Assembly (NCBI GenBank): GCA_951406725.2
Contig: OX597837.1
Location: 15,190,001 to 15,254,000, forward strand
Source of the DNA: Octopus vulgaris
Taxonomy: Eukaryota
Reading direction: 5' to 3'
DNA: 64,000 nt
Shown here piece by piece: positions 26,945 to 41,437 of this stretch. The notes under the pieces are model-generated. The model searched no databases, was not told the origin of the DNA, and saw only the letters and a list, made by a program, of their open reading frames with translations. How positions within the stretch are numbered: the first letter of the stretch is position 1; every line of letters starts with the position of its first letter. The position numbers and the translations under genes were made by a program.

Positions 26945-27333
26945 TGGGTAAGGTTGTAAAACTTTTGAAGAGAATCACCCTAAGCACGAAAGCCTAAAGC
27001 GTTGGTTTCGGAGGGGCTGTCGTCAGAACCTCAATGAGAACGTAAAGTGTTGGAAGTGTGAAACGGGTGGCCGTGTACTCCTTTACAAGGTTGGGTACGT
27101 CAACAATCTGAAGTCCAATGAAAGATCAGCTGAATGCAATGTCCTTCCTCCAAGACCGAGTATTTCGACGTGTGTAGTTTGCGAAAGGGCTTGGAGGTCG
27201 ATTTCGTCTCTGAAGGGACTTATGGCAGTTCATAGGGATCCCGGCCAAGCCCGTGGAAGTTTCGTCTGTCACCTGTTGACACACGAGAGAACTCAGGAGT
27301 CGACAGTCATCTGCGAAGACGGAGCAATCACAA
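26945..27333 (+). mobile_element. RTE-clade LINE 3' remnant
   Basis: Reads KGCKTFEENHPKHESLKR, then a degenerate C2H2-like motif CVVCERAWRSISSLKGLMAVH, ending gtcatctgcgaagacggagcaatc; resembles RTE ORF C-termini. Confidence 0.5.
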
Positions 27334-27390
27334 TGTGTGTGCGCGCGCGCGTAGTGTACATATCTGCGTATGTACCTCTATTTAATTACA

Positions 27391-27440
<50 letters not shown>

Positions 27441-27465
27441 TCACACATGATTGTATTAAATAGAG

Positions 27466-27506
<41 letters not shown>

Positions 27507-27627
27507 TTTAAAAACCATGATTCGACTACCTCTCAACTTCTGTTCTTTCAACATGTGATCTCTTGAGCACCACCAGCTCAAATATTTTTTCCTCTGTCTT
27601 CCCTTCTTGGGATCTTTCCTTCTCCTT

Positions 27628-27662
27628 GTTTCCGACGAAGAGCTCCGCTCGAAACGTTAAAC
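27628..27662 (+). ncRNA. Minimal type I hammerhead-like motif in a (TA)n-flanked Penelope-like fragment (~27505-27770)
   Basis: gttt-CCGACGA-a-GAGC-tcc-GCTC-GAAA-C-GTT-aaac; stem I gttt/aaac, ACGT palindromic stem III, U4C core variant. Confidence 0.55.
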
Positions 27663-27767
27663 CCTCCTTCTTCCCTTCTTTCCTGAGCGTCAATAATACT
27701 TTAATTGTTCCACGTCCTGCGTTGGTGTGTTTTTTTTCTCTTTTTTTCTGTGTTTTCTTGTTTGGAT

Positions 27768-27823
<56 letters not shown>

Positions 27824-28125
27824 GAAGTGAGAAGGATGAATAACACGTGTGCGTGTGTGTGTGCTGTTTACTTAGACGCAGAAAATGAATTGAGCTCAAA
27901 TGCTGGAATTTCATTGGTTAAAATTCGAAGAATTAAACTACGTTAAACTTACAAATTACAATTTTGTTTTCAATTTTGTTTACAATAATGTTTTCTTTTG
28001 ACACATTCTACCAGTATACGAAGTTTCAAATTTTTTAGTTAACTAGAAAATTCCGTCCATCAAAAGTAAAAGATCCATAAAATTTAATAAGGGTAGAAAT
28101 TGATATTAATCAATTAAAACCAGTG

Positions 28126-28224
<99 letters not shown>

Positions 28225-28428
28225 ATGTGTGTGTGTGTACACACACATACATACTCACACACATATACATATATTTGTGTATTCGCACCTCTGAATAAGA
28301 TTTATGAACTCATTACTCGACAGATAAGAACAGATTTTTAGAAGATAATTTCTGGGGCCGTCCTTCATTTAACGCATTTGAAAGGAAGACTAGAAAGAGT
28401 ACTTTCTATTGAAATCTCAGTGTGTACG

Positions 28429-28478
<50 letters not shown>

Positions 28479-29077
28479 CGTGTGTGTGTGTGTGTGTGTG
28501 TGCGTGTGTGTGTGTAAATGCAAGCTGACTTTTGTAGCTTGATGCTTCGCTGCGCCTGAGTTGGGGACAGAATGTGGGCGTTTCACGCTTGACGCCTTCC
28601 TTATAAGTCAGCCCTTTATGAAGCCCGTTTGCAAGGGTGTCTTGTCTGGGTGTCAGTGCATGACATTCTCGGGTGGGGAGCTCCGTACTGCGTTTGACAG
28701 GCGGATGTCAAGAGAGACAAGCAGCCAAAATACACAATGGAGGTGTGGGGCAGTACACACCCGCCATGGTCCTTCATCGCCACCACGACCACCACAACGA
28801 CAACGACCACCACCGCCGCCGCCGCCACCACGAGGGCATTGTGTAGGGAAGATTTTACAGATAAATTACTCTTGGCCAACTAAAAAATACCCGTGTGTGT
28901 GTGTGTGATTTGTTGGATGGGAGGGGTAGGAGGGTTGGATAAAGGTGGTGGTGGTGGTGGTGGTGGTAGTGGTAGTGAGATGGGGGGGGGGGAGATTCAG
29001 TCAGCAACAGAACTGTCACAACATAGTATAGCACTAGACTGCTATAGTAATTGACCATCGACACCACCACCACCACC

Positions 29078-29132
<55 letters not shown>

Positions 29133-29506
29133 CTAATACCATCTCCACTGACGCCACCTCTTGTTTTTAAAGGAAGCTGGGGGGGGGGAAGTGATTCGAA
29201 GGAAACCTGTCTGTTATTTTTAGCACGACTAATGGTTGCAAAGAAGTGCTCCCCAGTGGCTCGTGAGACCCTTAACTGGTTTCGGCTACCGGACACTATG
29301 TGAACGCCATTGTAGTTATGAGGAGGTGGAGGGTGGTGGTGGTGGTGAGGAGAGGGCAGACTCAATAAAGAAAGTCCATCACCGTCAGCCAAGGCTGCTT
29401 TGACAAATTACTAATCAACGATTGTATATCAAAGATGTTTATTGCTCAGACTTTTATAGACAGACATTTACACCGTTGGGTTGTATAGAGTTGTAGAGAT
29501 TTATAT

Positions 29507-29590
29507 CAATGGTTCTTAACTTTTTTTTCTTTACGTATGGACCCCTTCGATTCCTAGTTTACACCCCAGGACCTCAATAGCCATTCCATG

Positions 29591-29653
<63 letters not shown>

Positions 29654-29862
29654 AGCTTCTATCTATAAATGCTCTAATATCTATACAGCTTTGGTGTTTT
29701 ATCTTATTACGCAAAAAATTCTTATATACACACGCTGGCATAGAACCAACGTTGAACCCCTTATTCTCAAAATTACCGAATCTGGAACTTAACTATGATC
29801 AGTCTATAGCACTTATTCAGCATTACCTGACACCCCTGGGTCTCAATGACACCATTATCTCT

Positions 29863-29894
<32 letters not shown>

Positions 29895-30051
29895 TCCTGT
29901 TATATTTTTATAATAAAATATTTTTAGGAATTGGATAAGAAAATAATTAAAATATTTTCTGTATTGTAGAACTAAAACCAATTTGTTGGACAAATTCTAA
30001 CAACGAAGTCTTAACCCCAGGGGCTATATGGGCCCCGGTTGAGAGCCACCG
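29507..30051. mobile_element. hAT-like MITE, with a ~215-bp insert between two (TA)n tracts
   Basis: caatggttcttaac ... ggttgagagccaccg ends; reverse copy of the 563-803 family. Confidence 0.6.
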
Positions 30052-30334
30052 GATCTATACTGGACCCCGTTCAGTCATGAATGACCATAGGATTACTACC
30101 CACAAGGGGCTAAACACAGAGGAGAGAAACAAGGACAGACAGACGGATTAAGTCGATTACATCGACCCCAGTGCGTAACTGGTACTTAATTTACCGACCC
30201 CGAAAGGATGAAAGACAAAGTCAACCTCGGTGGAATTTGAACTCAGAACGTAACGACAGACGAAATACGGCTACGCATTTCGCCCGGCATGCTAACGTTT
30301 CTGACACTAAGTCACCTTAACCAGAAGAAATATT

Positions 30335-30489
30335 TATTTCTTTATTGCCCACAAGGGGGCTAAACATAGAGGGGACATACAAGGACAGACAAAGAGTTTA
30401 AGTCGATTACATCGACCCCCGTGGGTAACTGGTACTTATTTAATCGACCCCGAAAGAATGAAAGGCAAAGTCGACCTCGGCGAAATTTG
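30335..30489 (-). mobile_element. 5'-truncated family B SINE with 16-bp target-site duplication
   Basis: aaccagaagaaatatt at 30319-30334 and 30490-30505. Confidence 0.8.
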
Positions 30490-31101
30490 AACCAGAAGAA
30501 ATATTGCAACAAATCTGGTCATTTACTACCTCCATACTACAGGATGTCCAATATATTTAATAACTTTGCATTAATTAATCATTAACTATTTTTAAACCAA
30601 CGCACATCCTACATAGACTATGCTGCAAGAAAACGTGTATGTCACGGCAGGAAACGCTTTGGTCTGATGTCTGTTCAATCCGAGACGAAGCGAAACCAAC
30701 TGATTCTGCATCAAACTCGCTCAACAGAAGAGAACCTTTTTATATACGGGAATATGGGAGTGAAGTAAAAACAATAAAGTTGGAAGGACTCCACTCAGCT
30801 GAGACTATCTCTGCGATTAATAGACATAAACTCCTTCAATGGAGACTGGGGTGTAGAGTACCATGAACAGAATATGTTGTGGAGTATCTCAATCTCCCAC
30901 AAAAAAACTGTTGTGATGTGTGTGTGTGTATAGGTGCAGGCATGGCTGTGTGGTAAGACGCTTGCTACCCAAACACATGGTTCCAGGTTCAGTCCCATTG
31001 CGTGGTACCTTGGTCAAGTGTCTTCTATTATAGCCTCGAGTTGTCCAAAACCTTGTGAGTGGATTTGGTAGACGGAAACTGAAAGAAGCTCATCGTATAT
31101 A

Positions 31102-32191
31102 TTGGGTCATCCCATAAATAATGCGATTTTTTTATACTTCTTTTATATTTCAAAAATTAAGATAAACACAGTTCTTTTTTATACTAAAATATACTCTCCT
31201 AAATTTCTACAATGCTCTTCCATCTATTTGGTAATCTTGCAAGGCCCCTCTTCCAAAATTCACTTATCTGTAATGAAAAATACTCCTCCAGTGCTGTTCC
31301 GACCTCCTCTACAGAATTCTTATTTTTTACGTTCAAATGATTTTGAAGATTACGGAATAAATGATAGAATATGGTGGGTGGGGCATCGTTTCCCATTCAA
31401 ACTACTCCAGCATCTGGAATGTCATCCTCGCTGTATGTAGTCAAACATTATCCTGGCGGAAAAACACTTCGTCTTCAAACAAAAGGTGTTTCTCCTTTCT
31501 CTACCTTCTGTCTTCGGCGCTTGACATTTTTATAGAGAACCCATTTCTCGTCACCAGTCACTATTCAGTCCAAAAAAGGTTCATTCGTGAGACGTGACAT
31601 GAAAGAAGAGCACACATTCACTCTCTGCGCGCGATTAGACTCGAAAAGTTTGTGAGGAACCCATTGACCCAATTTGGTGACTTTTCGAATGTCACGCAAG
31701 TGTCAATGAATGGTTGAATGACCAAATCCAAGCTTCTCTACTAATTCCTCAACAGTTGCGATGGGATTTTGCTTCACCACGGTTTGCAGGACGTCCTCGT
31801 CGAGCTCTACAGATCTTTCAGGACGAGGATCGTCTTCTAGACTGTAGTTTCCGGCTCGGAATTTCTGGAACCACCGTTGACACTGGCCTACGCTTATTGT
31901 CTGATCTCCATAAACTGCATTAATATTCCTCGTACTTTCCATTGAGTTGTTGCCTTTATTGAACTCATAAAGCAAAATATGCCGAATATTCTTCTTTGTT
32001 ACTTCCATTATAGCTTTGAAACAATAACTGTTAAAATCGAACTGCACTCTTCAAAACTTGCACTAAGAATAAGTACAAGGTAAAATTACTACCAGCTTTT
32101 ATAGCAAGTTGATGCAGGTAGTTTATCCCGTCCCCCTCCAACTTTTAGTTCATGCTACTGAAAAAACCGCATTATTTATGGGATGGCCCAC
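31102..32191 (-). mobile_element. Mariner (Tc1/mariner) transposon, internally deleted
   Basis: TIRs ttgggtcatcccataaataatgcg / cgcattatttatgggatggcccac flanked by TA; 1090 bp. Confidence 0.92.
31199..32008 (-). pseudogene. Mariner transposase pseudogene
   Basis: MEVTKKNIRHILLYEFNKG...CQRWFQKFRAGNYSLEDDPRPER (HTH); RMVTGDEKWVL region; YHLFRNLQNHL...FWKRGLARLPNRWKSIVE; contains stops and deletions. Confidence 0.9.
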
Positions 32192-32613
32192 TATGTGTGT
32201 GTCTGTCTGTATTTGTCCCTTCATCACCGCTTGCCAACCAGTGTTGGTATGTTTACGTCCCCCGTAACGTAGCTGTTCGGCAAAAGAAACCGAGAGAATA
32301 AAAGCTACGCTTAGAAAGTAAATCCTGGGGTCGAGTTGTTCGACTAAAATCCTTCAAGGCGGTGCTCCAGCATGGCCGCAGTCAAATGACTGAAACAAAT
32401 AAAAGAATAAAAGAATATATACACACATTCGTGTGTGTATGTGTAGATACAAATCTACATAATATATGTATATATATATATACACATACATGTATATCTA
32501 TCTATCTATCTATATATATATATACATATATAAACATAAATACATATATATATATATATATATGTCAATGTGTGTATGTATATGTGTATGTGTTTGTAAT
32601 CTACACACACACA

Positions 32614-32646
<33 letters not shown>

Positions 32647-33200
32647 GTCACACGCGCAGTCCTCCTTTTTTTTCCCTCCTCGGCTCGATGTAAGAGTCTC
32701 TTTTGAAGTCCAACTCTTTCCACACCCGATTAAACTTTTAAAATTCTCTTCCATCACGTCGTCCTTCCTAGCAACTCTGATATTTTTCTGTTTCAAGTGA
32801 ACGGACGACCACCACGACGACGACGACGACGACAAGGAATATTTGCCAGACGAGAAAATTGCTTTCAAGCCTCTGCTGACCATCCCGGCGGCCTTGCTTG
32901 ACCCTGCACTTTGCAGTCACTTCACGTAAGGAGAGAGAAAAAAAACAAACAAAAACAAAAAGCAAAACAAAGCCTTGCTCAACACACACAGCATACGTAA
33001 AAAAAGGGGCTGGGCGGTGGTTGTGTAGGGGTTTGTGGCCGGGGTGGGAGATCATAGGAAGGTCTCAGCCATAATTCACAAGGGAATTTCACTAAAAAAA
33101 GGCAGTGGGTCTTTTACTGTTATTGTGCATAAATGTATGGGTGTATGTGTGAGTGTGTGTGTATGCGTGTATATATATTATATATGTATATATGTGTGTG

Positions 33201-33262
<62 letters not shown>

Positions 33263-33271
33263 CATACATAA

Positions 33272-33315
<44 letters not shown>

Positions 33316-34935
33316 TCATATAAATATATATATATTTATAATTACATATATGTATATCTATGCGTATATATAGGTGCGTGTTTGTGTATGGTGCGTGTGT
33401 ATATACTTACAAATCTACACACACACACTCACACGCATACACACACACACACACACACACCCATCTGTATGTATGTATGTGTGTATGTCTGTGTGTGTGT
33501 ATATGTGTATGTATATATATTATTTGGATTTATTCCCTAATATTTATTATATTTATATATATATATATATTAATTATATATATATATATATACACACATG
33601 TATTTATTCATGTATACATACGTATGTGTGTACACACACTCACAAACACACAATCATAGATAATGCTATATATATGATAGTGGAAAACATTGAAGCGGGG
33701 GGGGCAGAGTCGATTTAATTTCACGGCAGCACTTGATTGCTTTTTTATTTTATTGACCTCGGAAACATGAAAGGGAACGACATCGGTAGGATTTGAACTC
33801 AAGATCTTAGGGGATGGAAGTGGTGGTGGCGGAGGAGTTGACGGTAAGTTAATTAGTCGCTTTAATTAATTAGTCTCACAAAACTTTATATTTTAGATTT
33901 TACTTGCTTCAGTCATTGTACTGCGGCCATGCTGGAGCACCGCCTTCGAGGGTTTTCGTCGAACAAATCGATAGCAGTTCTTTCTTGTTTGTCTTTTTTG
34001 TCTTTCAAAGTCTTCTACTTATTCTATCAGTGTCTGGAAAATTCTTACACTTTCGATTGTTCCACTTCGGAAGTTTTTAATGACGATATATTAAAGTCGG
34101 GTCACCAAAACAGCGCTGGATGGTCTGAAAGTTTTATATGGTCTGAAGATTTTGTGCAGTATGAAAGCTGTGATCTCTGTCATAAAATGACAATGTTTGG
34201 GTCAATCATTTATATTTTAAACTAGCAAAAGTCAATCTTTTCACTATTTTATTGCAATAGTTCCTTTCCGAACCATATAGACTCACAGGGGCCGGTTTGC
34301 CGGTTTCTGTGACGTATATATTCCCCCTGGATGGGACGTTGGTCTATCGCAGGATTATTTATCTTCACCTGCTGAGGGGACAGGAGCAACGTGGCATGAA
34401 TTGCTTTGCTTAACAACATAATGCATCGTTCGGCCCAGGAATCGAAACCATAATCTTACAACCATGAGTGGAACACGCTAACCGCTAAGCTACGCGCCTC
34501 CACTTCTTATTGGGTAATGGATACTTATATTACTCGTATCTATAATAAAGATGTGTTCAGTCGCTGGAAGTGTTTTTGCTTTCTCCATTACAAATCATTG
34601 TATCTTATAACGAACACTGGGTCCTGTTTATCTTCCCTTCTAATTGATCACACACCAAGCATCGATTTAGACGTTCGTACTCACAAAACAGGACTAAAAC
34701 AGGCCACTAGACTCCCGAGAGTTAAGGGGACCTCCATCTTTTTTAGAATTGAGACAGAACGCCATCTTCTCAAGACTTAGAAAAAGTCCCTACTCCCTCA
34801 AGACTTAGATTGGCGATCCTTCTACGTCTAAGACAAACCATCACCTCAAGATTTAGGCAAGTCTTCTACTATAACCTTGGGAAAACCAAAATCTTGTGTG
34901 TGGATTTGGAATACGGAAAATTAAAGAAGTCCGTC

Positions 34936-34989
<54 letters not shown>

Positions 34990-35428
34990 CACGACACTGG
35001 ACACACACACACACTACTACTCAACACACGCTGGCACGCTACATACGCCCCCACCCCTTCCCCTCCCTCCCTTCCTCCTTCCTTCATTTTCTTACTACTG
35101 ACCACTGTCTGCTATGCCTACTACTGTCTCGCCCTACCTCACACGCCTACACACAGACGCACACACTAACACATACATATATTTTTTTGTTTTTTTATCT
35201 CGCCTCACACACACATACACACACGCACACGCACACACTCACACATACACACACATCTGTTGCGTTACCAACCCTGTCTCCACTCTTTTGGCTTTAAAAA
35301 CCTACTTTGCTCTTGTTATCGTAAACTTCCGCCTTTCACCATGTGTACTTCGTAAACACCAGTCGTTTTTTTCTCCATCTCCTGTTGCCCGCTTTGGGAT
35401 CTTTCTTTCCTCTCTCTTCCTTCTTTAT

Positions 35429-35463
35429 GTTTCCGACGAAGAGCTCCGCTCGAAACGTCATAC
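35429..35463 (+). ncRNA. Minimal type I hammerhead-like motif, second copy, in a Penelope-like fragment (~35257-35560) ending at (TA)n
   Basis: gttt-CCGACGA-a-GAGC-tcc-GCTC-GAAA-C-GTC-atac; GUC triplet; same core as 27628-27662. Confidence 0.55.
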
Positions 35464-35552
35464 CTTCCTGCTTCCATATTTCCTGAGCGCCTATTAATAA
35501 TAATACTGTAATTGTTCCACTGTTGTTGTTTTTTTGTTTTCCCGTTTAGATT

Positions 35553-35664
<112 letters not shown>

Positions 35665-38619
35665 TATATATTCATATATATATGTGTGTGTGTGTGCATA
35701 TATATATACATATATATATACACATATATACGTGTGTGTGTGCATATATGTATGTATATGTGTTTGTGTGTGTAGTGTGTGTGAGTATGTTTGTCCCACA
35801 CCACCGCTTGGCAACCGGTGTTGGTGTGTTTACATCCTGGTAACTCAGCGGTTTGGCAAAATAACCGACAGAATAAATACCAGGCTTTTAAAAAGAAGCA
35901 CTGGGGTCGATTCGTTCAACTAAAATTCTTGGAAACGGTGCCCCAGCATGGCCGCAATCCAATGACTGAAACAAGTAAAAGACAAAAGGTGAAAGGTGAG
36001 CGCTATTTCTTCAAGACTGATCTGGGTCCCTTAAGGGCCCCCGTACTCTTATGGATGAAGACAAACCACAGTTCTCTCAATATCGAGACAAAGCCACCAA
36101 TCTCTGAAAGAAAGAGAGAAAGTCACCATTTTCTCTAGACGTAGGCAAAGCAATCTCTCAAGACTTAAACAAACTACCATTCTCTCAAGAGAATACGACA
36201 AGCCACCATTCTCTCAAGACTGAGACAGGTCATCGTCCTACCGAAAACGAAAACAAATCAGAAACAGAAAAAAATTAACAGACGACAGCAAAAAACAATT
36301 AAAAAAAGAAAAAAGAAAAAAAGAGAGAAAGAAAGAAGACGAAAGTGAGAAAAGAGCTTTTAAAGATTATTGTAAATTGTTTTTGGTTATCGTTTATTAG
36401 TTGGAGAGGCGTGAAATGGTAGAGAAATAATCTGTTTCTCAGCGGTTCTTCACCGGACACTGTTACCCGCCGCGGGTGTCATAAACAAACTAACAAACAA
36501 ACAAAAAGTAAGGAAAGAAAAACATAAATTTCGGTGACCGAAGACTGGAAGGAAGTGGAAATTCTTCTTAAATGGCCAAGACATGCGATATTCTTTCGCT
36601 CTTTGTCTTCTTCGTGTCGTGTTTGTTTGCGAAGCGAAGCGATGGACCCCCAGCATTTACTCCTTAAACTGGCTCCCCTCCTGCCCCCGTCACCCGATCT
36701 TTACCCCTTTTCGGGCAGTGTTCGGTTTTAGATCGTGTAACTAAATTCCCATGTTTCTTTCTATTCTAAACATTAGGGTTCCCATTTCATTCTTGTTTTC
36801 CTTTCGTTAAGGACTTCACGAATATAATGGGAATAGTAAAGGGGTGGATACATAAACAAATAGAGAGGAGGTAAGAGAGAGGGAGAGAGAGAGAGAGAGA
36901 GGGAGTGAGGGAGGGAGACAGAGAGAGATAGAGAGAGACAGAGAGAAAGGGGGAGAGGGACAGGGAGAGGGACGGAGCGAGAGGCAGAGGGACAGAGAGA
37001 AAGAGAGCGAGAGAGAAGTAGAAAATATAGGACCGAGAGAGAGAGAGAGAGAGAGGGAAGGAAAGAGAGCTCGGAATCAAGAGAGAGGCGGGGGCGAAAT
37101 TCTTTGAAGCAGCGTTCTCGATGTGGAGTCGTGGACCTCCATCGTTCAACAAAGAGGATTCAGTTGTATGATCAACTGAATTACCTCCCTTTGAACGCAC
37201 GAGTAAAGTGGCTGAGTATTCCATAGACACACAGGTGCTATCATGTAATTCTTAGGACAGAATCTGCATGACATAATTTGGAACAAGCATGTAACTGATG
37301 GGCTTCAGTACAGTTTCCATCCACCAAATTTCAATCCACAAGGTTGTAAGTCGACTTGACACTATACAGAATGGCATTTGCTCCATCTGTCTCGTAGCAG
37401 AATCGAACCCGTGACCATATGGTTGTGAAGCAGACTTATTAACCATTCGGCCAGACTGCGCCTACACGTGGGACTATAAACGCAATGGAGTGCAACTTAC
37501 TCTGCCAAACTTACCCGAGGCCCAGCCGTCGGAGCCAAGTTCCTGTGCAGAAATTTCACAAGTCAAGGGTAGTTGGAATGGAAGGCATTTTCTATCGATT
37601 GCTGCATCGAACTTCTTCAGGAAGTTCACCACCACTGTCACCGCCGCCACCACCACCACCACAACAACAACAATAACAACAACAGTTAAAACTAGACCAT
37701 GAATTGGAGGTTCTCTTTGCTAGCAACCTGCCTTTCTTTTTATCTTCAACATCAACCCTAACCCTTTGTCCCTTCAGCCCTCGTCTCTGGTTTCCTCGTC
37801 TACTTTTAACCATGGGTGTAAAGTCTCTCTCTACCGTCATTTCTCGCGACAACACTCTCGTAGTCTTTAAATTCTTTCTGACTCGTCACACCACATTAGA
37901 CCCCCAACTTTCCCACTCATCTCTACCTCTTCTGAACTCGTCCTCGCTTTCAGTTGCTTCACCTTTTCCACTCTCTCCGACAGTTTGGTACCACGAGCTG
38001 TCCTCCATTTCCTCATCATTGTCACAAGACCACGGGAGAAAATGCTTCTGACCGTGATCGAATCGGGGACGCTGGTCGTTGGTTTCTAGCATTAAGGGCC
38101 TGATGATTTATGCCCTCATCTTCAAAGCTGCAACTTGTTGATGCCCCGGAAACAATTAACTTCTCCCCTTGCTATCTTCTCGGTTCTCCTGAGAAGAATG
38201 TCCTGACGTGTCTCACTTCCAAACGTGTAGAAGCTTGGTTTTCTGCCGTCCACCACAAGTTTTATTCGCCCTTTTCTCTGCACCTACGGTCTCTTGTCTT
38301 CGAGAATCGTCAGGACGTGCAAGTCTTTGCGGGCCCTGTCCCCTCTTATATCAGTTCGTGTCACCTCGATGCTCACCACTCGTCTGTATTGTGCCACGGA
38401 AGTGGCGAAATGCAATTGCCAAACTAGTGTGTGGGCACAAAAGTTCGATGATGATGATGATGATAATAATAATAATAATAATTTCTGATTTAGGCACAAT
38501 ACCAGTAATTTTGAGGAGAGGCTGTTTGCCGATGTTATCAAACCCAATACTCGGTCGGTGCTTATTTTATCGACACGGAAAGAATAAAAGACGAGATTGA
38601 AACTAGGAACGCAAAGGGC

Positions 38620-38667
38620 GATAATAATGATGATGATGACGACGACGACGACGACAACGACGACGAC

Positions 38668-38718
<51 letters not shown>

Positions 38719-38753
38719 AACGACGACGACGACGACGATGACGACGGCGATGT

Positions 38754-38820
<67 letters not shown>

Positions 38821-38865
38821 GATGTTGATGATGATGATGATGATGTTGATGATGATGATGATGAT
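38620..38865. repeat. (GAC)n/(GAT)n compound trinucleotide microsatellite
   Basis: Direct reading. Confidence 0.95.
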
Positions 38866-39025
38866 TCCTCTTTTCATCAGATTTCAATTTTGCTTTTGAT
38901 TTTTCGCCAGCATAAAAGTGAAATTTATACGGTTTATGTTTTCCATACATCAAAATATCAAAATGAAAATATTGCCTTTGTAAACATCACAAACCACAAC
39001 ACTTTACACACATACTCTCTCTCTC

Positions 39026-39056
<31 letters not shown>

Positions 39057-39269
39057 TACACACGCATACATACGGAACATTTCCGCAAAGTTCTGTACGA
39101 AAGACCACTTTCGACTCTGATCAGCGAGAAGGGTTTCCAAGAGGGGTTTTTGCCTCGCTTCTTAAATTGTCACTCACGAAAAGTTTTAATCAGGTGTAAC
39201 GAAATGCGATAAATCAAATATAACATTAATAACAATAATAATAACAACAACAACAACAACAACAACAAC

Positions 39270-39335
<66 letters not shown>

Positions 39336-39592
39336 GAAAACCGTTAATAAAAATTAATGAAAAATAAAAATTACAAACGGCTTGGCCTCCTCTGTCCTTT
39401 CAACTGTAAATTAAATATAAAACATTAATAAATAACCAGAAAATAAAATAAGGGCTGAAATAAGGGCAGACACCTTCTCCCTTCTTTTAAGTGAAAGTTA
39501 TTTTATTCAGATTTGGTACAAATAAGCTAAATCATCTCTTTTTTTGCCGGCTTTTGATAAATTCTTAAATGAACTCAGTTGACCTAGGATTT

Positions 39593-39626
<34 letters not shown>

Positions 39627-40227
39627 TGTATGTATTTATGTATGTATGTATGTATGTATGTATTTATGTATGTATGTATGTATGTGTATATGTATGTGTG
39701 TATATATATACACACACATATATATACACATATATACATACACACATATAACACACACACACACATAGATATATGTATAAATATGCATGTATATATATAT
39801 ATTTATGTATATATAGATATATAGATACATACGTACATACATACATACGCACACACACACACACACACACAGACACACATATATATACACATATATATAT
39901 ATATATGTATATGTATGTACGTATGTATCTCTATATCTATATCTATAACTATATATATGTAAGATAGATAGATAGATGGATATAGACACACACACACATA
40001 TAGTTTAATCAGTTTCATCAGCGTTGTACGCCATCTCTGGTTAAGAAGATCTGGAAATAGGTTTTGCGATAAAATAATCTTTTTCTCATGTATGTTCATA
40101 CATGCGCGTGCGCGCACACCCACAAACGTATGCACGCACACGCACGCACACACACTCGCACATGCACTTGGATATATGTTTATATATATATAATTATAAA
40201 TATGTGTGTATATGTATAGATATGAAA

Positions 40228-40260
<33 letters not shown>

Positions 40261-40599
40261 ACTCCGCAAAAAATCTCAAATTTTATTTAATTTGATTTCC
40301 GCGGGAAGGAAAATTTCAATGAAGCCATGTATCGCCTTGACCTTCGAAACGTGGAGTAGATGAAATTAAGGCGACTGAAGAAGGGGAATTTTCCTTGTGT
40401 TGTATGTCCTGTATTCTATTTTTTCGTTGTTTAAAAAAATGTCCATTTCCTTGGTTTTGTGTTTATGTTTTCCTTTCTCATTGTGTTCGACGTTTTTTTT
40501 TGTTGTCCTGTACCCATATATGCATGTATATATACATGTAGAGGTAGGTACGTACATATATGTATGTATATATGCATATGTTTTATTTATTTATTAATT

Positions 40600-40641
<42 letters not shown>

Positions 40642-41437
40642 GCAAAAAAGGGTGGAATATAATTAATTTAATAAAATTAATAAATTTCACCTAGTAGGTT
40701 TATCGGTATGGAAAAGACCATATTTGGTAAGGGTTATAATAATTATAATTAAGAGTTAATTGCAACAAGTTGCTCAAAACCACATACCGAAAATATTAGA
40801 AATAGCAGCTAAATTGATACTATTTCTCCTACTAATAAAAGGTCTCCACAAACAAACAGAATTTGTAACCTGTATATGGCAAAAAAGGAAGAATATAACG
40901 AAATCCCAGCCTATGGATTAATTATAGACGAATCGTTTCTGGATTAGAACCGAAGGCTCATTTCCTTGTCAATATAATATTTCCTATAGATCTAGAAATG
41001 CTAGGGGAAAAACTCACCCGTTACACCAGCACGACCAGCGACATCGAACGATCTAACGAAACTGCTAGCATTCCTACACTTATACAGACATGCGAATTCA
41101 TATCTTCCTCCAAAATTACCACGTGAGCTACATAAACATTTCTTGTAAGGGAGCAATAGTATTCAATATGCAAAAAAGGGTGGAATATAATTAATTTAAT
41201 AAAATTAATAAATTTCACCTAGTAGGTTTATCGGTATGGAAAAGACCATATTTGGTAAGGGTTATAATAATTATAATTAAGAGTCAATTGCAACAAGTTG
41301 CTCAAAACCACATACCGAAAATATTAGAAATAGCAGCTAAATTGATACTATTTCCTCTACTAATAAAAAGTCTCCACAAACAAACAGAATTTGTAACCTG
41401 TATATGGCAAAAAAGGAAGGATATAACGAAATCCCAG

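Larger units (their letters stand above)
30935..32415 (+). mobile_element. SINE family A split by the mariner insertion
   Basis: Head 30935-31100 and tail 32192-32415 join into the same sequence as 43336-43755. Confidence 0.8.

Noticed and set aside
40295-40360. gggaagg...ccttcgaaacgtgg as a hammerhead
   Set aside because: No CUGANGA core and no NUH site
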